Origin: a virus
Lineage: Duplodnaviria > Caudoviricetes
DNA: 64,000 nucleotides
IMG/VR virus record: IMGVR_UViG_650627003_000001
Location: 1 to 64,000 of that record
Strand: one strand, 5' to 3'
This document shows, piece by piece, positions 54,043 to 63,052 of the stretch. Below the pieces are notes generated by a model. That model was not told the origin of the DNA. It made no database searches and worked only from the letters and a program-made list of their open reading frames with translations. Made by a program: the position numbers and the translations under genes. Position 1 is the first letter of the stretch, and every line of letters starts with the position of its first letter.

Positions 54043-54732
54043 TTAATTAAAGCCGTGTGTTGAAGATTTTTCTACTGCGATTACATGAACAGTAGAACCT
54101 TCGAAACATGATGCCATCGATGCACCTTTGGCAAAGATTTTAACTTTATAATCGTCAACTAATAACTTTAAGTTTGCCATATTCAAGATGAAGTTAAAAT
54201 CAGTTGTAGTACCAGCATCACCTAGATTTAAACTTAACAAAGGTCGAACAAAAGCAGAATCGGCTTGTTTATTGAATCCATCAACATGGACTTCGCCATC
54301 ACGATTATTAAATGCAATAACGTCAACACCTAAAGCACGACTTACACGAGTGAGTTGATTCCATGTATCCGATTTTAACATAAATTCTACGGTAGGTGCA
54401 GGAAAATTAATGGTATTTTTCGGATATGTTAAACCAGCTGGATCCGCAGAAGGCCAATATACAACAGAACGTGGGCCTTTAATTGCAAATTTAGAACCAT
54501 CTTCGGTTAAACTGATTTCTGCGTTTTCGTCAACAAGACCAAGTAATGTTAAGAAGCCTGGTAAGTCAAAAATACCTGCATCGATATCGATTTCATCTTC
54601 AATTTGAGCAGATGCATGAATCGTTCGACCTAAGTTACAGGTCATGATGAATTTACCTGGTGTCAACTTAATGCTTGAGTTAATTGTTGAGAAGTTTTTA
54701 AGAATTGCTTGAGTTTCTTTAGATAAACGCAT
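54043..54732 (-). CDS. 45: sliding clamp gp45
   Basis: MRLSKETQAILKNFSTINSSI; synteny. Confidence 0.95.
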   Translation of the reverse strand: MRLSKETQAILKNFSTINSSIKLTPGKFIMTCNLGRTIHASAQIEDEIDIDAGIFDLPGFLTLLGLVDENAEISLTEDGSKFAIKGPRSVVYWPSADPAGLTYPKNTINFPAPTVEFMLKSDTWNQLTRVSRALGVDVIAFNNRDGEVHVDGFNKQADSAFVRPLLSLNLGDAGTTTDFNFILNMANLKLLVDDYKVKIFAKGASMASCFEGSTVHVIAVEKSSTHGFN

Positions 54733-54744
54733 ATATGGCTCCAA

Positions 54745-55116
54745 TTAGTGGTTAACGTGTTCAGCAACGAATTTTTCGATAAAGATTAAAGCTGCTTCAA
54801 GAAGTACTTCATCAGTGTCAAAGCAATATTCATCTTGAAGACGAGTAAAACCATTAACACGGACAAATTGAGCACCTTGAGCAATTGAGTGTTCACGTCG
54901 TTGACGTAACATATCGGTCCAGATTTTTTGTACTTGACTATCAAAATCACGATAAAGTTGTTTTCGAACTTGAGCTGGATAATGAGCATAAGCGTTGTTC
55001 ATTTCTTCTGGACATTGAAGAACCCATGCTTTGCGAATACGTACATCAGCAGATTCACCACGTGAATGACGAGGTTGAATATCAAAAACTGTAACTTGAG
55101 CAAAAATGTCATTCAT
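54745..55116 (-). CDS. rpbA: RNA polymerase-binding protein RpbA
   Basis: DIQP...RIRKAWVLQ; synteny. Confidence 0.88.
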   Translation of the reverse strand: MNDIFAQVTVFDIQPRHSRGESADVRIRKAWVLQCPEEMNNAYAHYPAQVRKQLYRDFDSQVQKIWTDMLRQRREHSIAQGAQFVRVNGFTRLQDEYCFDTDEVLLEAALIFIEKFVAEHVNH

Positions 55117-55125
55117 AATAAATTC

Positions 55126-55326
55126 CTAGTCGTAATAATCAAAAAGAGTAAAACCTGTATGTCTTCCAGATTTGATCTTCATTATATCACTTTCTGTAAA
55201 AGCGTTTTTAAGGTTGAATTCAGTGACGATATTTTCGTCGCCACTGAAGTTGTTAACAAGGATATAGCGTTTGATTTCAGGATGACATTCTAAATCATTA
55301 AAATTTTGAGCGTAATCATTAGCCAT
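55126..55326 (-). CDS. gp45.2-like protein
   Basis: RYILVNNFSG; synteny. Confidence 0.7.
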   Translation of the reverse strand: MANDYAQNFNDLECHPEIKRYILVNNFSGDENIVTEFNLKNAFTESDIMKIKSGRHTGFTLFDYYD

Positions 55327-55330
55327 AACT

Positions 55331-57013
55331 TTATTCCATAACTGTAAATCGTCCTACCTTCTTCATTTGGATATGACGCCCATAATCGTCTGGATTGTGA
55401 TCACGGTGCGAAATAATAAAGACATTAGTCTTTTCAAGCGAATTCAGAATAGTCCGAATTGCCTTGACGCCTTCAACGTCAGTAGCACTATCGAAGACTT
55501 CATCCAAAATCAACGTAGATATATTAACACCTGTTACCATTGAAGCAATATTGCGCCAAGTAAATAAAATCGCAATATCAATACGGGCTTTCTCACCCTG
55601 AGAGAAGGACGAATAACTAAAATCTTCTTTGCCACGAGAAGAAATTGTTTCACTAAACTCTTCGTTAAGTTTAAACGAATAGTCAGCACCCATAATTCGT
55701 AAATACGAATTAATTTGTTTATTGAATAGTGGAATGTACTTTTTGACGATTTGTCCTTTAATGCCAGAGTCTTTTAGCATTTCAGTAATAACGCCACGTC
55801 GATACTTTTCCATCACAATGCCAGATTTATGATCAATAAGTTTCTCTAATTGAGATTTAACTTCATTGATCTTATCTGTATTGTCCACAACTTCAGATTT
55901 GGCTTGTTCTATGAGCCCATGAATCTTTTTAGCCTGCTGAGCTGCACCAATTGCCTCTTGTTTAAGAGCATCCTGTTGACGTTTAAGGGCGACAATCTTT
56001 TCCTGAACGGATTTATACTCCTTTTGTTGTTCAGTAAGCTCTGTGTGCGCCTGGCGGACACGTTGGAGTGCTTGCTCTTGGTCTGATTGACGATCTCGAA
56101 CCTTTGTGACTAATCCGGAACCTTGATCAAGATGTTGCATACAAACAGGACAGTTACCACCTTTTTCGTACAAAGTTAAGACCTTTTGGTAGCCAGAAAT
56201 ATCTGTTTGGATTTTAATTGCATCAGAGTGTTTTTCTGCAATTTTTGGAGACAAATCTTCTGGTAAAACAAGGGCAACAATTTCATCATTCAAAGCAATA
56301 ATTGCATCTTTGTTTTTATGCGCTAATGCAACTTGTTCATCATACATTGTTTGAAGACGAGCTAGGTTATCGCCAGATAGTTTTTTCTGTCGTTCGGCGT
56401 ACTCTTCATGGGTTTTAATTTCATTCTGTGCATTTTGGATTTTTACGTCAACAACTTGCAAAGAAGTGTTTAACTCTCGAATAATATTTTTATTCGATTT
56501 GTCCATATCAGCAAGAACTGTTACTTCTAATAGATCTTCGACAAGCTTTCGACGGTTTGGCGCAGTTAATCCCATAAAAGGAGTATAACCCGCTGTGCCT
56601 AGTACAACAACTTGCTTAAAGCTATTGTAAGTCATGCCAATTAGTTGTTCGAAATATTCTTGGAAATCTTTTGCAGATGCGCTTTCATCAATTAATGCAC
56701 CATTACGTTTGATCTCGAAAATAGTTGGTTTTTGGCCACGACGAATTTCGAATAACTGGCCATTGAACTCCATGTCTAGTTCGACAAGAAGATCTTTTTT
56801 ATTTGACGAATTAATTAATTGCCCTTTCTTTACATCACGGAATGGCTTACCAAATAGTGCAAATGTAATTGCTTCTAAGAAAGTAGATTTGCCTGCGCCA
56901 TTTTTACCAGTGACTAAAGTATTGGCACAATGATTTAGAAAAATCTCGATGGGCTGTTGACCCACCGACATAATATTTTTGTATTTTACTCGTAAGAGTT
57001 TAAAGTCTTTCAT
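55331..57013 (-). CDS. 46: recombination endonuclease subunit gp46 (Rad50-like)
   Basis: GKNGAGKST, CPVC hook, FSQGEK, LILDEVFD, ISH. Confidence 0.97.
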   Translation of the reverse strand: MKDFKLLRVKYKNIMSVGQQPIEIFLNHCANTLVTGKNGAGKSTFLEAITFALFGKPFRDVKKGQLINSSNKKDLLVELDMEFNGQLFEIRRGQKPTIFEIKRNGALIDESASAKDFQEYFEQLIGMTYNSFKQVVVLGTAGYTPFMGLTAPNRRKLVEDLLEVTVLADMDKSNKNIIRELNTSLQVVDVKIQNAQNEIKTHEEYAERQKKLSGDNLARLQTMYDEQVALAHKNKDAIIALNDEIVALVLPEDLSPKIAEKHSDAIKIQTDISGYQKVLTLYEKGGNCPVCMQHLDQGSGLVTKVRDRQSDQEQALQRVRQAHTELTEQQKEYKSVQEKIVALKRQQDALKQEAIGAAQQAKKIHGLIEQAKSEVVDNTDKINEVKSQLEKLIDHKSGIVMEKYRRGVITEMLKDSGIKGQIVKKYIPLFNKQINSYLRIMGADYSFKLNEEFSETISSRGKEDFSYSSFSQGEKARIDIAILFTWRNIASMVTGVNISTLILDEVFDSATDVEGVKAIRTILNSLEKTNVFIISHRDHNPDDYGRHIQMKKVGRFTVME

Positions 57014-57243
57014 TACTTCTCCAAAAGGCTTGTCATAACAAGATCTTCAAAACAATCTTCAAGACGATTATAACGCCCAGATTGATAAAGCTCAAGAGCT
57101 TCTTCTTCACGTGTAGAAGTATAAGCACTTACGCCAAAAGTATCTTGGCCTTCTTTATTAAACTCAATTCGACACTCATGAGCTTCTGGATTATATTTTA
57201 CGTCTGATACTAAATGATGGCCTTTGATATTCATGATGTGCAC
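57013..57243 (-). CDS. hypothetical protein between 46 and 47
   Basis: ORF overlapping both neighbours. Confidence 0.55.
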   Translation of the reverse strand: MHIMNIKGHHLVSDVKYNPEAHECRIEFNKEGQDTFGVSAYTSTREEEALELYQSGRYNRLEDCFEDLVMTSLLEK

Positions 57244-58253
57244 TCAACCCATAGTTGTTTAGAGAATTGTTTAATAGCAGTTTTATCTTCTGGGGTACAT
57301 TCGGCAATACCGTCAATGTATTCTTCCATAAGATCAGTAATAGATTTTACTTCAACTGTATCCGAATCAGTATCCATGTCACTTGATGAATCGACTTTTG
57401 AAACGACTCTAAGCTCATGAACAACTTGTTCCATATCGGATTCAAATTTAGGTAAATCTTTATCTACTTGCTCTACAATAACACGAACCGATAGGTTTGT
57501 ATACTCTTTTGCATCAATTTTACCTTCAAAAGGATAATAGATACGTCGATGCCACATATCCGGGTTAGGGACAAATGTCGATTTTAATTCTGATGTATCG
57601 AACACCCAGAATCCGCGTTCGTCATTTTCATCGCCAGCTGTGATTGTATACGGTGTACCAAGGTAAGTCACATTTGCGGCTTTTGAAATTGTATGGAAAT
57701 GGCCTGACCAAACTTCTTTATACTTTTTGAGAAAATCTGGTTCTAATCCGTGAGATTTCATTCCTTTATAGAAATAGAATCCATTTAGTTCCCAATGACC
57801 AACACAATATTCTGCAGAAGAAGTTTTAATATGTTCCATAATTTCTGTTGTGTTTTCGTCACACATCCATGGAATTAAATCAACAAAAACACCGTCATAT
57901 TCTACAGTTGTAGGCTTGTCATAAACTGTAATATTTGACCATTGTGTCAATAGTTCTGTACACGCATTTGGGGTAATTGTGTTTTTAAATGTTGCATCAT
58001 GATTTCCGACAATTACATCTATATGAATACCAGCATCAGAAATCTTTTGGCATTGTTCACGGTTAAATTCCATACACTTGTGTGTAATGGCTTTTCGAAC
58101 ATCGAACCAATCACCAGCTTGAATCCAGTGTTTGATTCCATTTGCTTTAGAATATTCGATAGCCAAATCAATAAGTTTTGACTGAAGATTTTGCACCCAT
58201 GCATCATCTTGTTTCACACCAAAGTGTAAATCACCTAATTTAAGAATTTTCAT
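57231..58253 (-). CDS. 47: recombination endonuclease subunit gp47 (Mre11-like)
   Basis: GDLHFG, GDWFD, GNHD, GHWE, SGHFH. Confidence 0.97.
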   Translation of the reverse strand: MKILKLGDLHFGVKQDDAWVQNLQSKLIDLAIEYSKANGIKHWIQAGDWFDVRKAITHKCMEFNREQCQKISDAGIHIDVIVGNHDATFKNTITPNACTELLTQWSNITVYDKPTTVEYDGVFVDLIPWMCDENTTEIMEHIKTSSAEYCVGHWELNGFYFYKGMKSHGLEPDFLKKYKEVWSGHFHTISKAANVTYLGTPYTITAGDENDERGFWVFDTSELKSTFVPNPDMWHRRIYYPFEGKIDAKEYTNLSVRVIVEQVDKDLPKFESDMEQVVHELRVVSKVDSSSDMDTDSDTVEVKSITDLMEEYIDGIAECTPEDKTAIKQFSKQLWVECTS

Positions 58254-58683
58254 TTTGAGCTCTCATCTGCAATGCTCGATATAGATAAAGAAATTTTATC
58301 ACATCATTATTATAAGCTGAAAACACATACGAGTCATGGTTATTTTCAATCCATGCATCTGTGTTTGGTTGAACCGTGCCTACTCGTTTCGGCGAAGCGA
58401 TACCAAGATCAGAACTATATGCAATTAAATTAACTAAACGAATACACCCAAGATGTTCAGTTTTCATAAAGGAACAACGATAAACATTAGCCGAAACAGA
58501 GCTTGGAATAACGTTTACCGATTGCTTTGCTTCATCAACTGATAAATTATCGACATATTTAAAAATTTTTACAATGTCGTAGTACAAGACATTAGGGTAT
58601 CCGCCTTCAATAGGCTTAAGCTCACGCCTAAAGAGTTCTTTATACAAAGAACACGCTACAGCTTCAATAGCAGTCCACTTCAT
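58240..58683 (-). CDS. hypothetical protein
   Basis: ATGA overlap. Confidence 0.55.
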   Translation of the reverse strand: MKWTAIEAVACSLYKELFRRELKPIEGGYPNVLYYDIVKIFKYVDNLSVDEAKQSVNVIPSSVSANVYRCSFMKTEHLGCIRLVNLIAYSSDLGIASPKRVGTVQPNTDAWIENNHDSYVFSAYNNDVIKFLYLYRALQMRAQNENS

Positions 58684-58937
58684 TTTCGCACCTTAATAAA
58701 CTCGTCTACTGTTAATAGAAAATCTGTGATTGAAAGCGCACCAGTATTTGCATTTGACGTAAACTGAGTCTTAAAATTACGATATGGATTTCGTGTAACT
58801 AAACCAACATGAATGCGAACTGGACGAGTAACAGGAAATAGTCCGAATACTGTTTTAGTCTTCAGTTCATAACGATACATTTCATATTGACCATCTTCAG
58901 GCATTTTGGTCATGAGTAAATTAATTTTGTTAATCAT
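58680..58937 (-). CDS. hypothetical protein
   Basis: Start MINKIN behind GGAGGAG; terminator and TGGTATAAT upstream. Confidence 0.6.
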   Translation of the reverse strand: MINKINLLMTKMPEDGQYEMYRYELKTKTVFGLFPVTRPVRIHVGLVTRNPYRNFKTQFTSNANTGALSITDFLLTVDEFIKVRK

Positions 58938-58999
58938 AGCGATCTCCTCCGTATTTGCATTATACCATAAAAACAAAAAAGGAGCACAAGGCTCCTTAA

Positions 59000-59395
59000 T
59001 TATTTTGTAACTGTCTTGATAATATCTTGTGCAGCGCCGTAAGATGTGTTCCACATGAATTCAAGCTCTGTGCGTTTAAGCTTAGGACGATGATAGATGT
59101 CGCGAAGCTTGTTAATTGCATAGATATAACCTTCTTTATTACCTGTCAACAGGCAGTTCTCTGCATGCTTTTTAAGACGTTCAATTTCACGCTTATTCTT
59201 TTTAAGAATTTTAGTAGCACGACGTTTTGCTTCTTTCTGAACCCATTCGTCTTGAATAGCTTGTGCATCAAAAGCTAAATCAATAGAATCTTCGGTAGAA
59301 ATAGATTCATCGCCTAGTTGTTCTAAAATAGCTTCACGGGCTTCAAAAGCTTGTTCTTGAGTTAAACCGATTTGATCAGGTGATTGCATAATCAT
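59000..59395 (-). CDS. a-gt.4-like protein
   Basis: EAKRRATKILKKNKREIERLKKHAE; synteny. Confidence 0.75.
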   Translation of the reverse strand: MIMQSPDQIGLTQEQAFEAREAILEQLGDESISTEDSIDLAFDAQAIQDEWVQKEAKRRATKILKKNKREIERLKKHAENCLLTGNKEGYIYAINKLRDIYHRPKLKRTELEFMWNTSYGAAQDIIKTVTK

Positions 59396-59601
59396 TCCTT
59401 TATTACAAAATAAAATTCAGTTTCAGTTACTTCAAAGTAACATTTAGTAGAGCTTTCAAAACTGAAAGTAGGGTCATGAGGGTTTAATGGGTCGATCTCT
59501 ACATCGAATCCCATCTCATGCATAATTAATTTAAGGCCGTATGGGATAGCCGAATAATCGTCTTCATTTAATAAATGAGTTAAGTCAAGTTTCTTCTCCA
59601 T
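59392..59601 (-). CDS. a-gt.5-like protein
   Basis: Size and position next to gene 55. Confidence 0.6.
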   Translation of the reverse strand: MEKKLDLTHLLNEDDYSAIPYGLKLIMHEMGFDVEIDPLNPHDPTFSFESSTKCYFEVTETEFYFVIKE

Positions 59602-60118
59602 ACAAGAAATCCAAGTTTGCTAGCTCGAGTTCGTCAGATGGTTTTTTCTCTGGCTTTTTCGCAGCTAATGATTGTTCGTATTGTTGCATTTTATCGTAAA
59701 TGTCTTGGATGAATGTTTCATCTGCAAGTTCTGCCATATCAGCATCTTTTGAATCGTAGACATGATGGATAAAGTATGCATGCTTCTTAGCAATGTCAGC
59801 CTTTTCTTTCTTGATACGCTGAACAAATGCATTAAAGCAAATCATAGAGATATACGCATGCGGATTTTTGTATTTTGTAACATCAAAGTTAGGCAAATAC
59901 TTGATTGTGGTCTCAATGGCATCACCGATCATTTCCTCTTTCCAAGAAGAAGTATATCGAGAAAATTTCCAATAACCAGAAGCGCCTTTGGCGATCGAGA
60001 CAATTGCATTTCCGATATAATCAGATGCTTTGACTGTATGTCCGGCCAATTCACACTCTTCTTTCCACTTACAAATAGCGTCATAGAGCTCTTTGTTATC
60101 TACATAGTTTTTAGACAT
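59585..60118 (-). CDS. 55: late sigma factor gp55
   Basis: [47 protein letters not shown]. Confidence 0.97.
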   Translation of the reverse strand: MSKNYVDNKELYDAICKWKEECELAGHTVKASDYIGNAIVSIAKGASGYWKFSRYTSSWKEEMIGDAIETTIKYLPNFDVTKYKNPHAYISMICFNAFVQRIKKEKADIAKKHAYFIHHVYDSKDADMAELADETFIQDIYDKMQQYEQSLAAKKPEKKPSDELELANLDFLYGEET

Positions 60119-60182
60119 AATACACCTCGCTTTTAGATAATTATATCTTAAAACTACTAAAGTATTTATGCCAAAAGGCCGA

Positions 60183-60431
60183 CTATTGTCGGCTTAGAGA
60201 TTTCTTAACTTCTAATGAAGCTGCAGAGAAGATTGAATCGTACGCATACTCTACTTGCATCCAATCATCACAAATGTATTCTAAATGATTGATTAGATCA
60301 GGCCCAATTGGACAAATTGAAGTAACGTCATCACGTTTTAAATGGATCTCGCCTAAAGAAGGAATTACTTTAATTTGAAGTAAATCTTGATCTTTAAGTT
60401 CGAGATGGAGTTCTAAGTATTTCTGTAGCAT
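60183..60431 (-). CDS. hypothetical early protein
   Basis: First gene after a promoter cassette. Confidence 0.6.
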   Translation of the reverse strand: MLQKYLELHLELKDQDLLQIKVIPSLGEIHLKRDDVTSICPIGPDLINHLEYICDDWMQVEYAYDSIFSAASLEVKKSLSRQ

Positions 60432-60446
60432 ATTAAGTTCCTCAAG

Positions 60447-60497
60447 TTGATAAGCCTATAATACTAAAAAAGGAGAGCATTGTAAATACTCTCCTTA
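60447..60497 (-). promoter_or_regulatory. terminator/early-promoter cassette, copy 6
   Basis: Same stem variant as 21861..21911. Confidence 0.85.
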
Positions 60498-60504
60498 AAA
60501 TATT

Positions 60505-60807
60505 TTAAAAAACGTCTACGTCATAACCTAAGTCAAAAAGTTTTTGACGTAATTTAGGTTTTGGTACTAACTCATCATCAATAAAAATGACTGGATACAC
60601 AATTCGACGTGACTCGAAATTTGCACGCTTTACTAGTTGATCAATCATGTTGATGTCATACTTAACTTCGCCATCAACAAGATTTAAGACTTCGTAAAAC
60701 TCATAGTCCAATTTGGCTTCTTTTTCAAGAATTCGACAAATCTCTCTACAAGAATGACAATGCATTACTTCTGGTTTAACGCCGTAAATTTCTACTTTAT
60801 TCTTCAT
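60505..60807 (-). CDS. nrdH: glutaredoxin (NrdH-like)
   Basis: VEIYG, CHSC, YPVIFID. Confidence 0.8.
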   Translation of the reverse strand: MKNKVEIYGVKPEVMHCHSCREICRILEKEAKLDYEFYEVLNLVDGEVKYDINMIDQLVKRANFESRRIVYPVIFIDDELVPKPKLRQKLFDLGYDVDVF

Positions 60808-61048
60808 AGAAACACCCAGAATAATGGATGAAGTTTTCTATTTCAGTAGGATCAAAATCTACTAATTGGAGTTCTGATAAAATTTCACGAATATCATTAG
60901 AACAAACTGTTTCTTTATTATGTTCTTTGTATTGCTTATATCCATTAGACCAAGTTTCAAAATACACAGACCCAACAGCCTGGACTTCAACTAATAGACG
61001 ATCACCAGTACCAGATTCGTATCGATTAGCACAACTTATAACTTTCAT
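60797..61048 (-). CDS. hypothetical protein
   Basis: ORF in operon. Confidence 0.55.
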   Translation of the reverse strand: MKVISCANRYESGTGDRLLVEVQAVGSVYFETWSNGYKQYKEHNKETVCSNDIREILSELQLVDFDPTEIENFIHYSGCFYEE

Positions 61049-61050
61049 TT

Positions 61051-62127
61051 TTAACTCTCTAAATATTTTAAATACTGTTTAACCCAAATGATTAATTCGG
61101 ATCGTTCTTCCTTTGATAGTGGATTAAGCAAATCTTTAAACGAATTTTCCATCAAAATTCTAACATGTTCTTTTTTAACATACTTTACAATGTCAAGTTT
61201 TGAAAGGCGTTCAATATAATCCTTTCTTGATTCTATCTTGGATTTTATTACAATGCCAGATTTAATCAGCTTATAACAATCACCACGCTTCAATCCGTAT
61301 TCAGATTCTAACTCGGCATTAGAAGAATACTTTTTACCTGTTCGTGTATCATATAGTGGAAATCGGTTTCTTGCAATTTCTGGAGGAAGACCCCATTTTT
61401 CATTGGTTAAATCAATTTGCCCTTTGACAACATTAGTTAATCTCGAGGCATCAATCCCATGCAATCTTGCGAATTCTGCTTGATTTGTCACTTCATGGGC
61501 AGTATTTGTTGAATAGTCCCACAAAGTATACGAAGACACTATAGACAATGCAGAGTGTTTTTCGGATTTAGATCTACCAAATTCCCAACCGGTTTTTAAA
61601 TGTCTTTCAACTTCATCCGGATGAACATATTTTGTTCGTTGTCCAATCTTATACATCACAGACCAACCCACATGTTCATTGCCTACGTCGTAAGATAACC
61701 ATTTAGCTATATCATCTTCAGTTAAATCGTCAAAACAATTCGGATTGAAATGGCCACCAATTTGTTTATTCAACCACATAGGATCTCTTAAAACGTCATT
61801 AGCTAGTTGTAACTCCATTTCTGCCATTAAAGCTTTGCCCCAAGTCTTATACCATCCAACAATCACGAATGACTCAGGTTCTATCCCTTCTTGTAGCATT
61901 TCATTTACTAAATTCGATGATGAGCTATAAGTTTTCCAATCAGACTCAATAAATCCACATTTAGGCCCTCGTTTAAATTCAGAAGGACATTGTTTAATTT
62001 TCTTCCAAAGTTTTTTAACACCAATATACTTTTTACCATTTTTAAAGGTGATTACGTATGTAAATGCTAAATAATCCTTTATATCAACTTCTTTAAAAAC
62101 TGTCCAATGCCCATAATCAAAGTTCAT
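61051..62127 (-). mobile_element. GIY-YIG-family endonuclease, probable homing endonuclease
   Basis: FTYVITFKNGKKYIGVK, ESDWKTYSSS, WLN; HTH-like C-terminal modules; late-like box and RBS hairpin upstream. Confidence 0.75.
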
Positions 62128-62162
62128 AATACACCCGTTTAATATAATTACAAGTGTATTTA

Positions 62163-62441
62163 TCAACCTTTAAAGATGAAATCTCGCTGGCTAGTAAAAA
62201 GACACCAATGAGTTCGATCAAATCCTCGTTTTAAAGAACTTACTTCAAAGTTATCAGATTCACGAACCATAGTACGCACACCTTCTAATGAATGTGTTGC
62301 ACTAATTGGCAGCGACCAAACATTAGTAATCAAAAACACATCGTCTTCTTTAATTTCAGGATATGTAGAACTCAATAAAGGATGAGCCTTTAACAGTTTA
62401 GCTGTCATTAAAATCTTTTTGCCTTTAAGAGACATGATCAC
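62163..62441 (-). CDS. hypothetical protein, paralogue set
   Basis: DDVFLITNV...HWCLF. Confidence 0.55.
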   Translation of the reverse strand: MIMSLKGKKILMTAKLLKAHPLLSSTYPEIKEDDVFLITNVWSLPISATHSLEGVRTMVRESDNFEVSSLKRGFDRTHWCLFTSQRDFIFKG

Positions 62442-62755
62442 TCCTTTTTGATTAAACGAGCTGAGTCAGTTTGGACAAATAATGCCCAGAATTCTGCTGT
62501 ATCAGGATTTCCATCATTAATGTCAATGACATCATCAGAAGAAATGTGTTTAATTTTATCAACACCCCACCCGTCAACATCAGAACCGGTATAGCCTTCA
62601 GCCTCGGCTACTGTTTTTAAATCAACAACTGAAATGACTTCATAAGGCTGACCAGCTCGAATACCATAAGCTTCTACAATTGTTTCATTTGAAAGAATGT
62701 AGTCATTATTTGGTACCAGCATATCACCTGGTTCTGGGATTTGGAAAATTGGCAT
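62438..62755 (-). CDS. hypothetical protein, paralogue set
   Basis: NETIVE...GQPYEVISV...FWALF. Confidence 0.55.
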   Translation of the reverse strand: MPIFQIPEPGDMLVPNNDYILSNETIVEAYGIRAGQPYEVISVVDLKTVAEAEGYTGSDVDGWGVDKIKHISSDDVIDINDGNPDTAEFWALFVQTDSARLIKKE

Positions 62756-63045
62756 TATACTACCTCATACTCGTCTTGTAAGCCTTCAGAAATGATCGCC
62801 CAAAGATCACCACCTTTATAGAACGTAGATTTGATGTCCAGGATCGCTTGTTGGTCCACGTTTAGCAATGATGTTGCTCCGGTGAATATTTCTTCACCAA
62901 TATCGCTTTCCGCTACACGTAACACCTGGTACGTATCTTTAGTGTTAAGAAATCCATCAAAGTGTTCGACAATAGTTTCATTTAATGGATCTTTGATAAG
63001 CACATCTGTGATGCGCACTTTAGTCCCAACATTGATTTTCTTCAT
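62755..63045 (-). CDS. hypothetical protein, paralogue set
   Basis: NETIVE...DTYQVLRV...LWAII; start MKKINV behind GAGG. Confidence 0.55.
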   Translation of the reverse strand: MKKINVGTKVRITDVLIKDPLNETIVEHFDGFLNTKDTYQVLRVAESDIGEEIFTGATSLLNVDQQAILDIKSTFYKGGDLWAIISEGLQDEYEVV

Positions 63046-63052
63046 AAGAACC

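Noticed and set aside
2546-60497. CRISPR array or IS ends from the recurring ~50-bp repeat
   Set aside because: Copies are kilobases apart, intergenic and match promoter plus terminator; no spacers, cas or transposase
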